64,000 nucleotides of DNA from Octopus vulgaris (GCA_951406725.2 OX597840.1:13516001-13580000), one strand, 5' to 3'; counted from the first letter of the stretch, positions 27,640 through 46,109 are shown. Numbers and translations: made by a program. Notes: generated by a model not told the origin, from the sequence alone.

Positions 27640-28195
27640 TGCCCTGATGCAGTACCACATAGTGGCTCTCATGACTTCTGATCTTAACTGAAGTGTTATC
27701 CTGTACATCGTTTTGTCTTGGTATAAAAGATGGGCTACAGCAAATATTCTGCTCAATACCACAGATTTGCTTGTCAGTTGTTTGACCTTAACCAGTTGAG
27801 CATGTCCCTTAGTGGCTGACGATATGTGCATCTCTGATCATGAGCAGAAGTAGTGGGGGAACATCGTAGCCATGTGTTGAAAGGAATTCTTTGGGGTTTG
27901 AATAATTCACCTTTGGAAATATGGGTGGTTCGTTCAACATCCTTAAGCAACCCTTATTCAGGGACCTTTTGAACGGGATGGGTTACTCGACCAGAAGAAA
28001 ATTCTAACTGGGCCCCGCCTGCAAGATCATGTGCTGTTTATCTTGATATGATATCACCATGTCACACACATATGGTTGTGATGCATGTGCCTAGTGTACC
28101 CTTATCAGACGGGTAGTCATGATGGGTATACTGGGCTTCGTATATTTTACCCCAGTGTCACTTTGATGGCATGAACTGCTCTCTCACTCAATAAT
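27640..28195 (+). repeat. Dispersed ~550-bp repeat; inverted copy at ~62980-63470
   Basis: High-identity reverse-complement match (for example accacagatttgcttgtcagttgtttga). Both copies lie in (TAA)n. Confidence 0.8.
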
Positions 28196-29315
28196 AATAA
28201 TAATAAAGTGAGTGCAGTTATAGATTTAGCATCGGGTAAATGTGGAGTCAGCCAATACCAGCAAATGAATATGAGTTGATAACCATACTTGTACCATACT
28301 TACGCTAACTATTTTTGGTGCCCATATGGTCATGATCAGATATCATCCACTCAACTCACCCACTATTTGACCGAGCAGGATATCAAGGATACAACTAAAG
28401 AGAGAGAGAGAGAGACGTGTCAGCATTTGGTTGGTACTCACCAACGGCTGAGCAGACTTGAGCAATGTAAAATGAAGTGTCGTGCTCAAAGACATAACGT
28501 GCTGCTCACTCCAGTATTTGAACTCACGATATTACGATTCGATAGCCGAAAACCTTAACCACTCGACCACGCACCTTCACTATGCAAATTTACATGTTTG
28601 TATATTGTGAGAGACAAATAGTCATGATTCCCACTGTTTCCGTGACCCCATCACCCTTCCCCCTTACAATTAATGTACATGACACCCCTTGTTTTACTCC
28701 AATAGAAAAAATATAAGCTCTGGTGGATGCCCTTAAATGCTGTGTGCGACACCTTAGAGTGTTGTGACACTCCGGTTGGAAACCCCTGACATAGCAGCTC
28801 TTAGCTTTTACTCAGATGTGTTTGTTGATTTGATTACGAATAGGAAAATGTATTAATTAACTTATTATCATCGAACCTTAATTAATATTCGCAGCCATGA
28901 GTCATTACATAACCGCTTGATAAGCTGGCAATGGTGGCCAAAATCTCTCTGGTTATCAAACTCCAATCTGAAACAAGGTAGGACACATTGAAAAACAAAG
29001 CAGAATTATTCTCTAAAGTCATGAGAGAGTCTCTAAATGACAGCCTGATCCACTAAAAATAGCAGCCAAGTGTCCCTGAAATTAATCCCTATCTGAAACA
29101 AGGCAGGACACATGGAATAAGGAATAAAGTAATGGTATATAGCCTTAAAAAGACAGTATGGTCATGCCTGGAATGCATTTGATCACAGATCTGCTCAGTT
29201 GGGCCTGACCTATGGTTAAGCAACAAAATACTTTTTCTTAGCAATCATGATATGTAATCAAAGTTAAAATTAATCTCTCATCATTTTTAAAATTTCCCAA
29301 AAGTTTAGTTCTTAC

Positions 29316-29394
29316 CATTTTGAACTTCTCTGAAGTGAAACTTTTCTGTATTAGTGGAATCCCGCTTTTGTGCTGATGTGAAGTTTTCATCAAC
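29316..29394 (-). CDS. GCLC: GCLC-like exon
   Basis: Acceptor ctcttcaAG, donor GTaaga. Encodes [26 protein letters not shown](E), matching VDENM..AQKRDA....FYFR. Confidence 0.93.
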
Positions 29395-29443
29395 CTTGAA
29401 GAGAATGAAATTGAGTAGAAAATGAATGTTTGTGTGTGTGTTT

Positions 29444-34382
<4,939 letters not shown>

Positions 34383-34720
34383 AAGGCACATGGCTCAGTG
34401 GTTAGAGCGTCGAGCTTACGATCGTGAGGTTGTGAGCTCGAATCCCGGACCGGGCTGCGTGTTGTGTTCTTGAGCAAAGCACTTTATTTTTCACGTTGCT
34501 CCAGTTCACTCAGCTATAGAAATGAGTTGCGACGTCACAGGTGCCAAGCTGTATCGACCTTTGTCTTTCCCTTGGATAACACTGGTGGCGTGGAGAGGGG
34601 AGGCCGGTATGCATGGGCGACTACTGGTCTTCCATAAAACAACCTTGCCCAGACTTGTGCCTCAGAGGGTAACTCTCTAGGTGCAAACCCATGGTCACTC
34701 ATAACCGAAGGGGGTCTTTG
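34383..34720 (+). mobile_element. tRNA-derived SINE (inverted partial copy ~47760-48055; related ~19705-20010)
   Basis: A-box tggctcagtggtt, B-box-like gctcgaatccc; dispersed copies. Confidence 0.8.
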
Positions 34721-35169
34721 CTTTTATATATTGTGTCACTCTGTCAGTCACGATGACGAGGATTCCAGTTGATCCAATCAATGGAACAGCCTGCTTGTGA
34801 AATTAACATGCAAGTGGTTGAGCACTCCACAGACACGTGTACCGACAAGGCTGGCCCTTCGAAATACGGGTACAACAGAAACAGGAAGAATGAGAGAAAG
34901 TTGTGGTGAAAGAGTACAGCAGGGTTTGCCACCACCCCCAGCCAAAGTCTCGTGGAGCTTCAGGTGTTTACTCACAACACCTTGTCTGGGAATCAAAACC
35001 GCGATCCTATGACCACGAGTCCACTGCCCTAACCACTATATATATATATATATACGTAAATGTCAAACAAAGAGAATGAACGTTCCACACCACATTGGTG
35101 GATAAAATTTCTTTATTTGTGAATTAAGGTTACAATTGGTTTCATGTTAAGAAAATATCTTAATATTTT

Positions 35170-35310
35170 AACAATTTTTCAAGCCGATCACATGGGACTA
35201 GCAGAGAAGCTTGGATTTGGTTGCTCAACCATTTATCGACACCTGCATGCCATCAGAAAAGTCAGCAAGTTGGGTCAATGGGTTCCTCACAAACTTTCTG
35301 AGTCTAATGA
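35170..35310 (+). mobile_element. Mariner transposase fragment
   Basis: Encodes LAEKLGFGCSTIYRHLHAIRKVSKLGQWVPHKLS (HTH plus WVPH motif). Confidence 0.8.
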
Positions 35311-35349
35311 ATGTATGTATCTATTTATGTTTATATGTATGTATGTATG

Positions 35350-35383
<34 letters not shown>

Positions 35384-36064
35384 TGTATGTATGTATGTAT
35401 GTGTGTGTATGTGTGTGTGTATGTATGTATGTATGTATTTTGTAAATCGCCTAAATACTTCATTATTAACTTTATGTTTGGAACAGAACTTAACAAAATG
35501 TTCTCTCACAAAATTGGGATAAAATGTTTAAATCGAAATATGCTGTAAATATGTATTAAACAAACAGTGTTTTGTACCATAGAACCAAGAATGGTCACAG
35601 ATAAATTAGTATTAAAAATAGTAAATCAAGGATGTCCTATATGATGGTAGGGAATTCCCTTCCTTAGTCTTTGGATAAAATAGGACATAATGGTGGAGCT
35701 TTCACTGTACCTTCACTTGGAAGAGTGCATGTATTGTGTGAACCATTTTCTGTAAGCTTATATAGACTTTTATGATTCTAAACCTATATAGATTCTCATG
35801 ATTCTTGGTCATCTCATAAAAATAATCTGATAAAATGAATGCTGGTGTTGATATACTTTAATGAAGCACTTGAAGTCAGTATTACCATTTGGTCACAGCT
35901 GAATGATGAAACTAGTGAAAGAATGAATAAAAATTACATCCAGCAGGATTTCAAACCAATAGGATCAAATTGTAAATAGAAATATTTTAAATTGTTTCTT
36001 TATTAAAGATGATATCTGAAGCTTGAGAAAACACAGATATGAAACCAGTATACTCTTTTACTCT

Positions 36065-36472
36065 TTTACTCTTTTACTTGTTTCAGTCATTTGACTGTGG
36101 CCAAGCTGGAGCACCGCCTTTAGTCGAGCAAATCGACCCCGGGACTTATTCTTTGTAAGCCTAGTACTTATTCTATCGGTCTCTTTTGCCGAACTGCTAA
36201 GTGACGGGGACATAAACACACCAGCATCGGTTGTCAAGCAATGCTAGGGGGACAAACACAGACACACAAACCCCCCACACACACACACATATATATATAT
36301 ACATATATACAACAGGCTTCTTTCAGTTTCCGTCTACTAAATCCACTCACAAGGCATTGGTCAGCTCGGGGCAATAGCAGAAGACACTTGCCCAAGATGC
36401 CATGCAGTGGGACTGAACCCGGAACCATGTGGTTGGTTAGCAAGCTACTTACCACACAGCCACTCCTGCGCC
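36065..36472 (-). mobile_element. SINE with internal microsatellite (many related copies: ~11355-11500, 20070-20390, 43340-43630, 44060-44465, 56105-56890)
   Basis: Minus-strand head ggcgcaggagtggctgtgtggtaag...gggttcagtccc; tail gtcaaatgactgaaacaagtaaaagagt. Confidence 0.78.
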
Positions 36473-36694
36473 TATGCTCACATTGATTTGGTTTCTTTAT
36501 CAATGCTTCTTTAGCAGGTGTAAATTTTTAAAGGGTGAAGCTGCTAATCCCATGTCAACAAGCCCAATCTGGAAATTAGTCTTTAGTCTAGCTTCTATAT
36601 TTTGACTGGCTTGGCATAAGTGAATCTATCAGGAAAACTAAGATCTCTAGCAATATAGGTTTTAAGGTCATAGAGGCAGGCCAGTTGTCACATC

Positions 36695-37095
36695 ATCATC
36701 ATCATTGTTCGACCGTGGTCGAGACAATGGAATTTACCATGCTACGCCAGACTTCATGGTCCATCATGGCATTACAGAGGTCCTGTTGCTGGATGCCTAT
36801 ATCCCTGGAGATTACATCAGGGTAGGAGAGTGTGCGCCCTCTGGTATATCGAGTAGATGGCTTCCAGAGGAGAAGAGTAGAAATTACCTCTTTTTCAGCT
36901 CTACAACAATGTCCAGCAAACTGGACTCTCCTACCTTTCACAAGAGATGACACAGGTGGTAGTTTCCCATATATTTGCATTTTGGTTGGATGGCGCTTCC
37001 ACGAGAGATTTTGAGTTCTCATAAGGAGGCGAGTGTAAGTTCCATCCAACCACCTCTCAAGCTTCTTTGATAACGTCCAGGTTTCTGAGCCAGTT
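36695..37095 (-). mobile_element. RTE-like LINE 3' fragment
   Basis: Encodes GSETWTLSKKLE..LDGTYTRLLM...RRVQFAGHC, with a (TGA)n tail. Same family as 57975-59152. Confidence 0.85.
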
Positions 37096-37577
37096 GTCAC
37101 ACCATGATATATCAGCCCTATTTTATGGGACTGAGACATAGTTATACATAAGACACACTAAAGGAGGTTCAGATATTCACCAAGAAATAACTCTCGATTA
37201 AAAGGTTGAAGAAAATCAGAGAGACAACTTTCTAGGAGGAAACTCCACAGATCCCCATTGGCATGGAGATCAAACGAAGAGTGTAGCACTGGATTGGATA
37301 CACCATCACAAGACACCATCCTGGGATCACAAACTAGTCCCTCAGATGGAACCTCCTGAGGAAAAAGAGACAAAGGGCAGGGCACTCCTTACAATGTCAT
37401 CGAGAGAAAGAAGTAAGATCTAGATGGAGTTGAGCCAATTGGATAGAAGGCCCAGGACAAGAATAAGGGAAGGGAAGCCGCCCTAGGAGGGGTTAAAAGC
37501 CTGGGCAAGTGACGGCCCACATGGGTGCAGTTGCATCAATTTGTTTTATGCTTATCGTACAGAAAATCAATATTTAC

Positions 37578-37682
37578 CTTTGTTATTGGGATCAAAAGGT
37601 TCAGTTTGAAGGTAACAATGGCTCGGGTAAGAAGGACCATAAATACAACAAGGGCAGCGTTTTCAAAGTCGGTCAATTGAAG
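37578..37682 (-). CDS. GCLC: GCLC-like exon
   Basis: Acceptor tttccAG, donor GTaaat. Encodes [35 protein letters not shown]. 105 nt. Confidence 0.96.
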
Positions 37683-37741
37683 CTGGAAATATAGAAAATA
37701 TGCCTACATTCATGCATATAAACATACATACATACACTCAC

Positions 37742-37784
<43 letters not shown>

Positions 37785-38129
37785 CATATATATATGGTTA
37801 GTATTATTATTATATTCATATATTTTATATATAAATATATATATGTATATATATGTGTGTATGTGTATATATATATATACACACACACACATATATATAT
37901 ATACAAATATATATATGCATATATACATATATATATACATATACACAGATATATATATACGTATATATACATATATATATGTAAATACATGTATGCATAT
38001 ATATATATGTATATCTGTGTATATATATATACATATATTTATATATACATATATATATGTATATATATGTATATATATGTCTATATATATATATACATAT
38101 ATATATATACATATATATGTATATATGTA

Positions 38130-38161
<32 letters not shown>

Positions 38162-38175
38162 AATACATACATACA

Positions 38176-38207
<32 letters not shown>

Positions 38208-38535
38208 CATACAATACACACACACACGCACACATGTATATAAACAAATAAGAAGAAGAAGAAGAAAAAGAAATTTTTTTAACACATCTTTAATAATGCG
38301 TTACAATAGTTTCTGTACTAGCTCTAATGCAATGCCAGTTTACGCAAAAATTCGAAGTGAAAAATTCATGTTATGTTTGTGGTTTTAGACATTAGAGAGG
38401 CATTTCGTCAGACTTGCACCAAAGTGTGCTAGAATGAGAATCCAAATACAGTTAGTGATATTAATATACAGGTGGTGATTTTGATATGGGCTTTGGTATT
38501 AATATAAGAGAGTTATATGTATACATAGGTAGTTA

Positions 38536-39101
38536 TTGGGTTGTCCGGAAAGTTTGTGCCGATTTATAATAGCTTACCTTTCGATTTATTTTAGAACATG
38601 GTTGAGTCCATAAAATAGGATTTGACTATACCTCCATTTAGAGCACAGTTTAAGCTATCTTTTCGTGGAAGAAGGTTTATGTTCCTATAACCTGTGTTAA
38701 TTCTGTAACCCTTTAAAATGGAAGATAAGAAAGTTCATTTTTAGTACTTGATGTTTTGGGAACCAGACAAAAATTGCTGCAGCTCGGCTGGGATGTGTTA
38801 CCCCACACTCCATATTCACCAGATATTGCTCCTTTGGATTTCCTCTTATTCAGGTCTCTGCAGAATAGTCTTAATGGTAAAAATTTCAATTCCTTGAATG
38901 ACATAAAAAGATACCTTGATGAATTCTTTGCCATGAAACCACCTCAATTCTGGGAAGAGGGTAATTTCAAGTTAAAGGAAAGATGGAGACACATTGTGCA
39001 ACAAAATGGTTCATATTTGGTTGATTAAAAATGTAATGGCAAGTATTTATTGACCTTTCTCTTTCCTTTAAAAATCGGCACGAACTTTCCGGACAACCTA
39101 A
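38536..39101 (+). mobile_element. Internally deleted mariner element with both TIRs
   Basis: TIRs ttgggttgtccggaaagtttgtgccgattt / aaatcggcacgaactttccggacaacctaa. Transposase start MEDKKVHF is fused to LPHTPYSPDIAPLDFLLF...GSYLVD. Confidence 0.9.
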
Positions 39102-39902
39102 TTTATGAATACAGATACCATAATATTGAGATGGAGGTAATGATATCGCTACGAATGGAAACATCAATGTTTCACTTGTGATGTTATAAAATGGGTGATG
39201 GTGACGAGGTGGCAGAATCGTTAGCACACCGGGTAAAACACTTAGCGGAATTTTGTAAGTCTGTACGTTCTGAGTTCAAATTCTACCAAGGTTGATTTTG
39301 CTTTTCATCTCTTTTGGGGTCAATGAAATAAGTACCTGTTGATCACTGGGGTTGATGTAATCGACTATCCCTGCTCTAAAAATTTTAGACCTTGTGCCTC
39401 TAACAGAGAGGATGTTATATCATGGACAGAGGAGATATGAAGGTGGGAAACACGGCAGACAGAACTGTCATATATGTGGTGTGTGTGTGTGTGTGTGTGT
39501 GTGCGCGTGTGTGTATGTCTATGGGCTTGTGTTTGTGCTTGCATTTACACCTTAGAAACTGTTGCTAGTGTTTATGGAGATCAAGAAATAAATTCTAGAA
39601 TTAAAAATATAAGTTCTGGAGTTGATTTGATTGATTGAATCTTTAGAAGTATTTCTTCTAGCATGGCTGCTGTCCAATGGTTCAAACAAGTCGAAGAATA
39701 TACCAAACTGCACCAAATCCCACTCACAAAGTATCAATCAACCCAATGTTATTAGAAAATATTTCTGCAAGGAGTCTTGCACTGAGATTGAACTCATAAC
39801 CATGCTGATATGAAGCCAACACCAAACAGCTATGCCTGTGCCTATATACAATGAAGCATACAGAAATATCTTTTACGGAGACAGTTTCTAGTAAAATGTT
39901 AC

Positions 39903-39989
39903 CTCCATTGTTCTGAATTCTATTTTCCATCCAGATTTCTCATCAGGAAGTTTCAGTTTCAGGTTTTGCCAATTACTACCAATGACGGC
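39903..39989 (-). CDS. GCLC: GCLC-like exon
   Basis: Acceptor ttttaAG, donor GTaaca. Encodes AVIGSNWQNLKLKLPDEKSGWKIEFRTME (NWQ...GW..EFR.ME motif). 87 nt. Confidence 0.93.
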
Positions 39990-41618
39990 CTTAAAACAGA
40001 ATGTTAAACAAGGGTCTTAAAGCAGAATGTTAAACAAGGGTCTTCAATGATATAGAACATATACAACAATTTAATATGATATACTGTATTTATTCGTATG
40101 CAATATATAATCACATATAATGCACATTACTGGTTATGTGTCTTGTATAATAGACACTGGTTTTTCTGTAGTATTATGATATCTGGGAAATAAGTGTTTA
40201 GTCAGATTTATTATAATTGCTGCATCCTTAAATAAAGAAAAAGTGAATACTAAAGTGACCTTTGACATTTACTAGAGTAGAATGTAAATATGATAGACAG
40301 TAAATATCAGAGATAAATGTACCCAGAGAAATGAAACACCAAGCTAACGATACTTTTGAAAATTGTATTAAAAAATTACTCGTTATTTCATAACCAAATA
40401 CTAGTAATTTAAAATTATATATTCTTGCTTTTCATAATTTCTGTGTTTAAAAAGTTCTAATTTTTTACCTAAACTACTTTACATTTAGCAGCTAATTAAG
40501 TGATAATCATTATACTCTATCTTTATTTCTTATTTAATGTAACCCTTTACGAAATAAATACAAAAAGGAAATTCCCTTGACAGCGGCAGTAGTTTGCTCC
40601 TTAAATTTGATTTTAAAATGCCTGCTACTCCAACCACTGTAATCTCTATCACACTGACTTTAATTTTAAATCAACCTTTCCATTTTTCCTCGTTTGCTGG
40701 TCGGCAGCAGTGATAAACGCTTCATCTCATCAATAATATTTGTTTTACCTCTAATGTCCACTTACTCTCTATTTGTTGTTTTTACAAACTCTCATTCAAG
40801 CACTATCTGATTTATGTGATAGTGAACAAACATGGTGGCTGCCCCTTCGTTATCAAGTATGGCCATTGCACGAAGCTTAATCAATATTGTTATCGTGCAA
40901 TGCCTGTGCAAGAAATTTTTTTTTAAAGCAAGGAAAGGCTGTGCACTGAGTCAATCCCACTCACTAAGCAACAGCAGCCATAATCCGAAAAGAAGAACAA
41001 GTCAACATCATCAATAACCACTGAGCTGCAGGTTTTATGTCGGAGATATCCCAGTTACCTGAGTTACCTTCTCCTAGAAGGATGCCCTAACAAAGGCTTG
41101 GAGTCCTTCACTCCCAATGATTTAACTGCACGATCGGGTATTCAGTCTAATTATTTCTATGTCCCCGTGCATGATACAGCCTTAAGACATTTATTGGATA
41201 GCCATTGACTCTCAAGAGTTCCTCTGCCCTTTGACAGGTTTTGTTTTTCATCCCGCAGGGTATCCAATAAACACCCTCCTCACCAAGCAAGCTTGGTGGG
41301 GTTACCGGTTTAGTCGCCAACGACCCGACCATGCAACAGGTTGTACTGGGTTACATGTTACCAGTAGCACTCGAAAGTGATCTGACATACAAGCTAATTA
41401 TCATACATTCTTTTATTCTTTTACATGTTTCAGTCATTTGACTGCAGCCATGCTGGAGCACACCTTAAAGTGTTTTAGTCAAGGAAATCAACCACAGGAC
41501 TTAATCTTTGTAAACCTAGTATTTATTCTATCGGTCTCTTTTGCCAAACTGCTAAGTTAAATATACCAGCATTGGCTGTTGAGCGATGGTGTGGGGACAA
41601 ATACACACACACACATAC

Positions 41619-41665
<47 letters not shown>

Positions 41666-42306
41666 ATATTAGGGAGTATAACTCCAAACTTACAGGGAAA
41701 AATTCAATTTAGTATTAAAACAAATTTCACAATATAAATATATAATATATATAAATTAGAGAAAACCCACTATTATGCAATTCAAACAATGGTAGACATA
41801 AACCATATCATATAGAAATATGGTAATCTTCACTGTGGTTGGGAAGCAAGCTATATATATATAAAAGGCGGCGAGCTGGCAGAAACGTTAGCACGCTGGG
41901 CGAAATGCGTAGCTGTATTTCGTCTGTCGTCACGTTCCGAGTTCAAATTCCGCCGAGGTCGACTTTGCCTTTGATCCTTTCGGGGTCGATAAATTAAGTA
42001 CCAGTTACACACTGGGGTCGATATAATCGACTTAATCCGTTTGTCTGTCCTTGTTTGTCCTGTCTGTGTCTAGCCCCTTGTGGGCAGTAAAGAAATATAT
42101 ATATATATATGATGGGATTCTTTCAGTTTCCATCTACAGTTATCTCTGATACTTACTGTCTATCATACTTAAATTCTACTCAAGTAAATGTCAAAGGTCA
42201 CTTTAGGATTTGCTTTTCCTTTATTTAAGGATGCAGCAAATCATATTCTATATGATTTGGTTTATGTCTATCATTGTTTGAATTACATAATAGTGGTTTT
42301 TCTCTA

Positions 42307-42384
<78 letters not shown>

Positions 42385-42389
<5 letters not shown>

Positions 42390-43328
42390 CTTACCCCTGC
42401 TGGTGACAAAAGGCCTCTCGCTCAAAGTAAAAGGCAGACTGTATGATGCATGTGTACATACAACCATGCTACATGGTAGTGAAACTTGGGCTGTGACTGC
42501 TGAGGATTTGCGTAAGCTCGCAAGGAATGAAGCTAGTATGCTCCGATGGATGCGTAATGTCAGTGTTCATAATTTACAGAGTGTAAGTACCTTGAGAGAA
42601 AAGTTGGACCTAAGAAGCATCAGTTGTTGTGTGCAAGAGAGACGTTTGCGCTGGTATGGTCATGTGACGAGAATGGCTGAAGATAGTTGTGTGTGAAAGT
42701 GCCACACCCTGGCAGTTGAGGGGACCTGTGGAAGAGGTAGACCCAGGAAAACCTGGGACGAGGTGGTGAGGCACGACCTTCTAACTTTAGGTCTCACCAA
42801 GGAAATGATGAGAGACCGAGACCTATGGAAGTATGCTGTGCGTGAGAAGACCCGGCAAGACCAGTGAGAACAGTCAAAATCAAAATCAAACCAAATCAAA
42901 TCAGATATCAGAAAGCAAAACCAAAATTGAGGTCGATCAACATTAGTGAAAATTGCAGCTGTGGTTAAGCGAACCATCCGATCGTGGCCGCGGCATGCCC
43001 CGTCTGGCCTCCGTGCCGGTGGCACGTAAAAGCACCATCCGTTCATGTCCGTTGCCAGCCTCGCCTGGCCCCCGTGCCGGTGGCACGTAAAAGCACCATC
43101 CGCTCATGGCCGTTTGCCAGCTCCGTCTGGCACCTGTGCGGGTGGCACATAAAAAGCACCCACTACACTCACGGAGTCGTTGGCGTTAGGAAGGGCATCC
43201 AGCCATAGAAACACTGCCAGATCAGACTGGGCCTGATGCGGCCTTCCGGCTTCACAGACCCAAGTTGAACCGTGCAACCCATGCTAGCATGGAAAGCGGA
43301 CGCTAAGTGATGATGATGATGATGATGA
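42385..43328 (+). mobile_element. RTE-X-like LINE 3' part with tandem-repeat 3' UTR
   Basis: Encodes TKGLSLKVKGRLYDACV..MLHGSETW...RLRWYGHV and GRGRPRKTW, with a (GAT)n tail. Other copies at 50500-51330 (+), 60845-62180 (-), 15078-15450 (-). Confidence 0.88.
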
Positions 43329-45578
43329 TATATATATACAACGGGCTTCTTTCAGCTTCCGTCTAACAAATCTACTCACAATGGTTTGGTCGGTCTGAGG
43401 CCACAGCAGAAGGCACTTGCCTAAAGTGCCATGCAATAGGACTGAACCCGGAACCATGTGGTCGGAAAGCAAGCTATATATATACAATGGGATTATTTCA
43501 GTTTCCATCTACGAAATCCACTCATAAGGCTTTGGTTGGCCCAAGGCTTTAGTAGAAGATACTTGCCCAAGAAGTCATGCAGTGAGATTGAACCCACAAT
43601 CATGTGGTTGGGAAGCAAGCTTCTTACCACAGGACATCATTTTAAGATTAATTTCTCATTCATTTTTAGCATACTCATTAAAATATGCCAAAAACCTATC
43701 AGAACCTATACTTGTACAAAAGCTGCTTTTTGTGTCTTTTCTTACCTGGAAATAACTGCTTCTCTCCTCTGTATTAAAATGTTGTCACCATTAACTGTTG
43801 AACTATGTATATGTGAAATTTATGTTTATCTACTTTTATGCTAAACACGTTACCCTTAAAGATTGTTTTAGCCGATTATGTCTATGCATACAAGTCGGTC
43901 TTGGATTTCATGCAATGTATTAACCTGTCCGATTTTAACGACCTGTTAGTGATTAAGTCCTTAATCATCGGATATTGTTTTCTTTGATATTTATACATCA
44001 GTTCTTTATATAAAGAGAATACTATTTGGTGATAATTTTTTAGGTGCTTATATTTTATCATTTGCTTGTTTCAGTCATTGGACTACAGACAAAGCCTGGT
44101 ACTTATTCTTCGGTTATTTTTGCCAAATCGCTAGATTACAAGGACGTAAAGAAACAAACATCGGTTGTCAAGCAATAATGGATACAAACACCAATAAAAA
44201 GACACACAAACACTGGAATATATACACATACAAACACACACACACACACACACATATGCGCACACACACACACAGAGAAATAGATAGACAGACAGACAGA
44301 TAGATACACAATATGCTTTCAGTTTTTGTCTATCTAATCCCCTCACAAAGCTTTGGTTAACCTGGGCTATAGTAGAAAACACTTGCACAAACTGCTACAG
44401 AGTGAGATTGAACCCAAGACCACACGGTTGTGAAGCAAGCTTGTCGACTACACAGCCATGCCTAAGAAGATGACAAAATTTAAGGACTTAGACAAGTTTT
44501 AGGGATTCGTTGCATTTAAACATTATTACAGTCAAGCAATTACATTATCTGGAAGTTAACACAATGTTTCCAGTCAACCGTTTATACTAAGAAATATTTT
44601 ATCTGCATAATACTAACTAACCTTAACCCTAACCCTAGAGGTTAGAGTAGCGGACTCATGGTCAAGGGATCGTGGGTTCGAATCTCAGACCAGGCAATGT
44701 GTGTTTATGAGCGAAACACCTAAGCTCCATGCAGCTCCGGCAGAAGGTAATGGCGAACTTCTGCTGACTCTTTCGCCACAACTTTCTCTCTCTCCTTCCT
44801 CCTGCATCTTGCAGCTCACCTGCGACAGGCAAGTGTCCCGTCCAGATAGGGAGCCTATACACCAATGAAACCAGGAAACCAGCCCTTATGAGCCAGGCAT
44901 GACTTAAGATGGAACAAACAACAGCAACAACAACATTACTAACTGATGCTTTAGGTGGTAAGTTGCTAGAGTCATTAGAAAGTCAGAGAGCGCAGTTTGC
45001 ATCATTTGCTTAGGATCTCTGTGATGTACTTTTAAACCCTGCCAAGGTAAACTTTGCCATAATTTTGGGTGCGATAAATAAAATACCAATTCAATTTTGA
45101 GGTTGAGTTTTCTTTCTTTTCCCCCCTCTCTCTTTTTCTGTATGTGTGTGTGAGTGTCTCTCTCTCTCTCTCTCTCTCCCTCTCTCTCTCTGTTTTTCTA
45201 CATGTCTTTTTCTCTCTGTGTGTGCCTCATGTTTTTAATCTCCTCCTCTGCTTCCCTCCCTCTCTGTCTTTCTATTTTTCTGAGAGTCTCTCTCTTTCTC
45301 TCTGTCTCTTTCTGTTTCTTTTTTCTCTACGTGTCTCTCTCTCTCTCTCTCTTCCTGTCTCCCTCTCTCCCCAACCCCTCTCTGTCTCAGGAAGAAATCA
45401 GTTACAGTTAAACCTGAATAAGGACACGCTCCAGCAATTTTAAAATACCCAGGACACAACATAAAACATGACACCACCTCTGTGACTCCATCAAGCATTG
45501 AAGGCCCAAGAAAGGAAGAAATTTATCCATTGTAGAATTAATTTCTAGCATCATAACTCCCATAGATTTATTTATAAA

Positions 45579-45960
45579 CTAGCAGTATCGCCCGGCGTTG
45601 CTCAGGTTTGTAAGGGAAATAACTATAAAGCATTTTTAGAGAGTTATAGCCAAAAAATAGCAAAAAAATGGAAAAAAATGATGGTAAATTTTTTTGAGAG
45701 TTAAAAAAGGTCGAGTTGCGTCCCCTAGACAGTCTGTGGTTTGTGTTTCTGATTCTCGACCCCATGTCGAATTTATCGATTTTTTCAGAACTGGGGGAAC
45801 TTTTCAAAATTTTCGCTGCGTTAGTTTTGAATTATGACATTGGGCTATGTGTGAGTCAAGTTTCATCAGAATCGGTTGAAAGCCATGGTCAGGGTGAGGG
45901 TACAACCTGACAGACACACAGAAACACACACAGACAAACTGCCGTTTATATATAGAGAGA
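45579..45960 (-). mobile_element. Non-autonomous Helitron
   Basis: Minus strand reads A|TC...hairpin (cctgagcaacgccggg)...CTAG|T, i.e. insertion into AT with no TSD. Confidence 0.8.
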
Positions 45961-45996
45961 TTATCAAAAGGATATATTTTACAAATATATATTTAC

Positions 45997-46109
45997 CTGA
46001 ATGTGATCTGTATCATTCATTATGTCTTGATCGATCTTCTCTTTGTATAAAGCGATTGGGTCTCTGACCAGGAGTTGGGCAACGTATTTGGACATCATTT
46101 CATCAACAC
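45997..46109 (-). CDS. GCLC: GCLC-like exon
   Basis: Acceptor aatcAG, donor GTaaat. Encodes (G)VDEMMSKYVAQLLVRDPIALYKEKIDQDIMNDTDHIQ, with the RDP motif. 113 nt. Confidence 0.93.

Noticed and set aside
43745-43800. Good-looking minus-strand donor (cag/GTAAG) with upstream AG
   Set aside because: No GCLC homology; the flanking exons already join in frame.
44617-44645. Telomere-like ctaaccttaaccctaaccct
   Set aside because: Only 2-3 units; too short to call interstitial telomere sequence.
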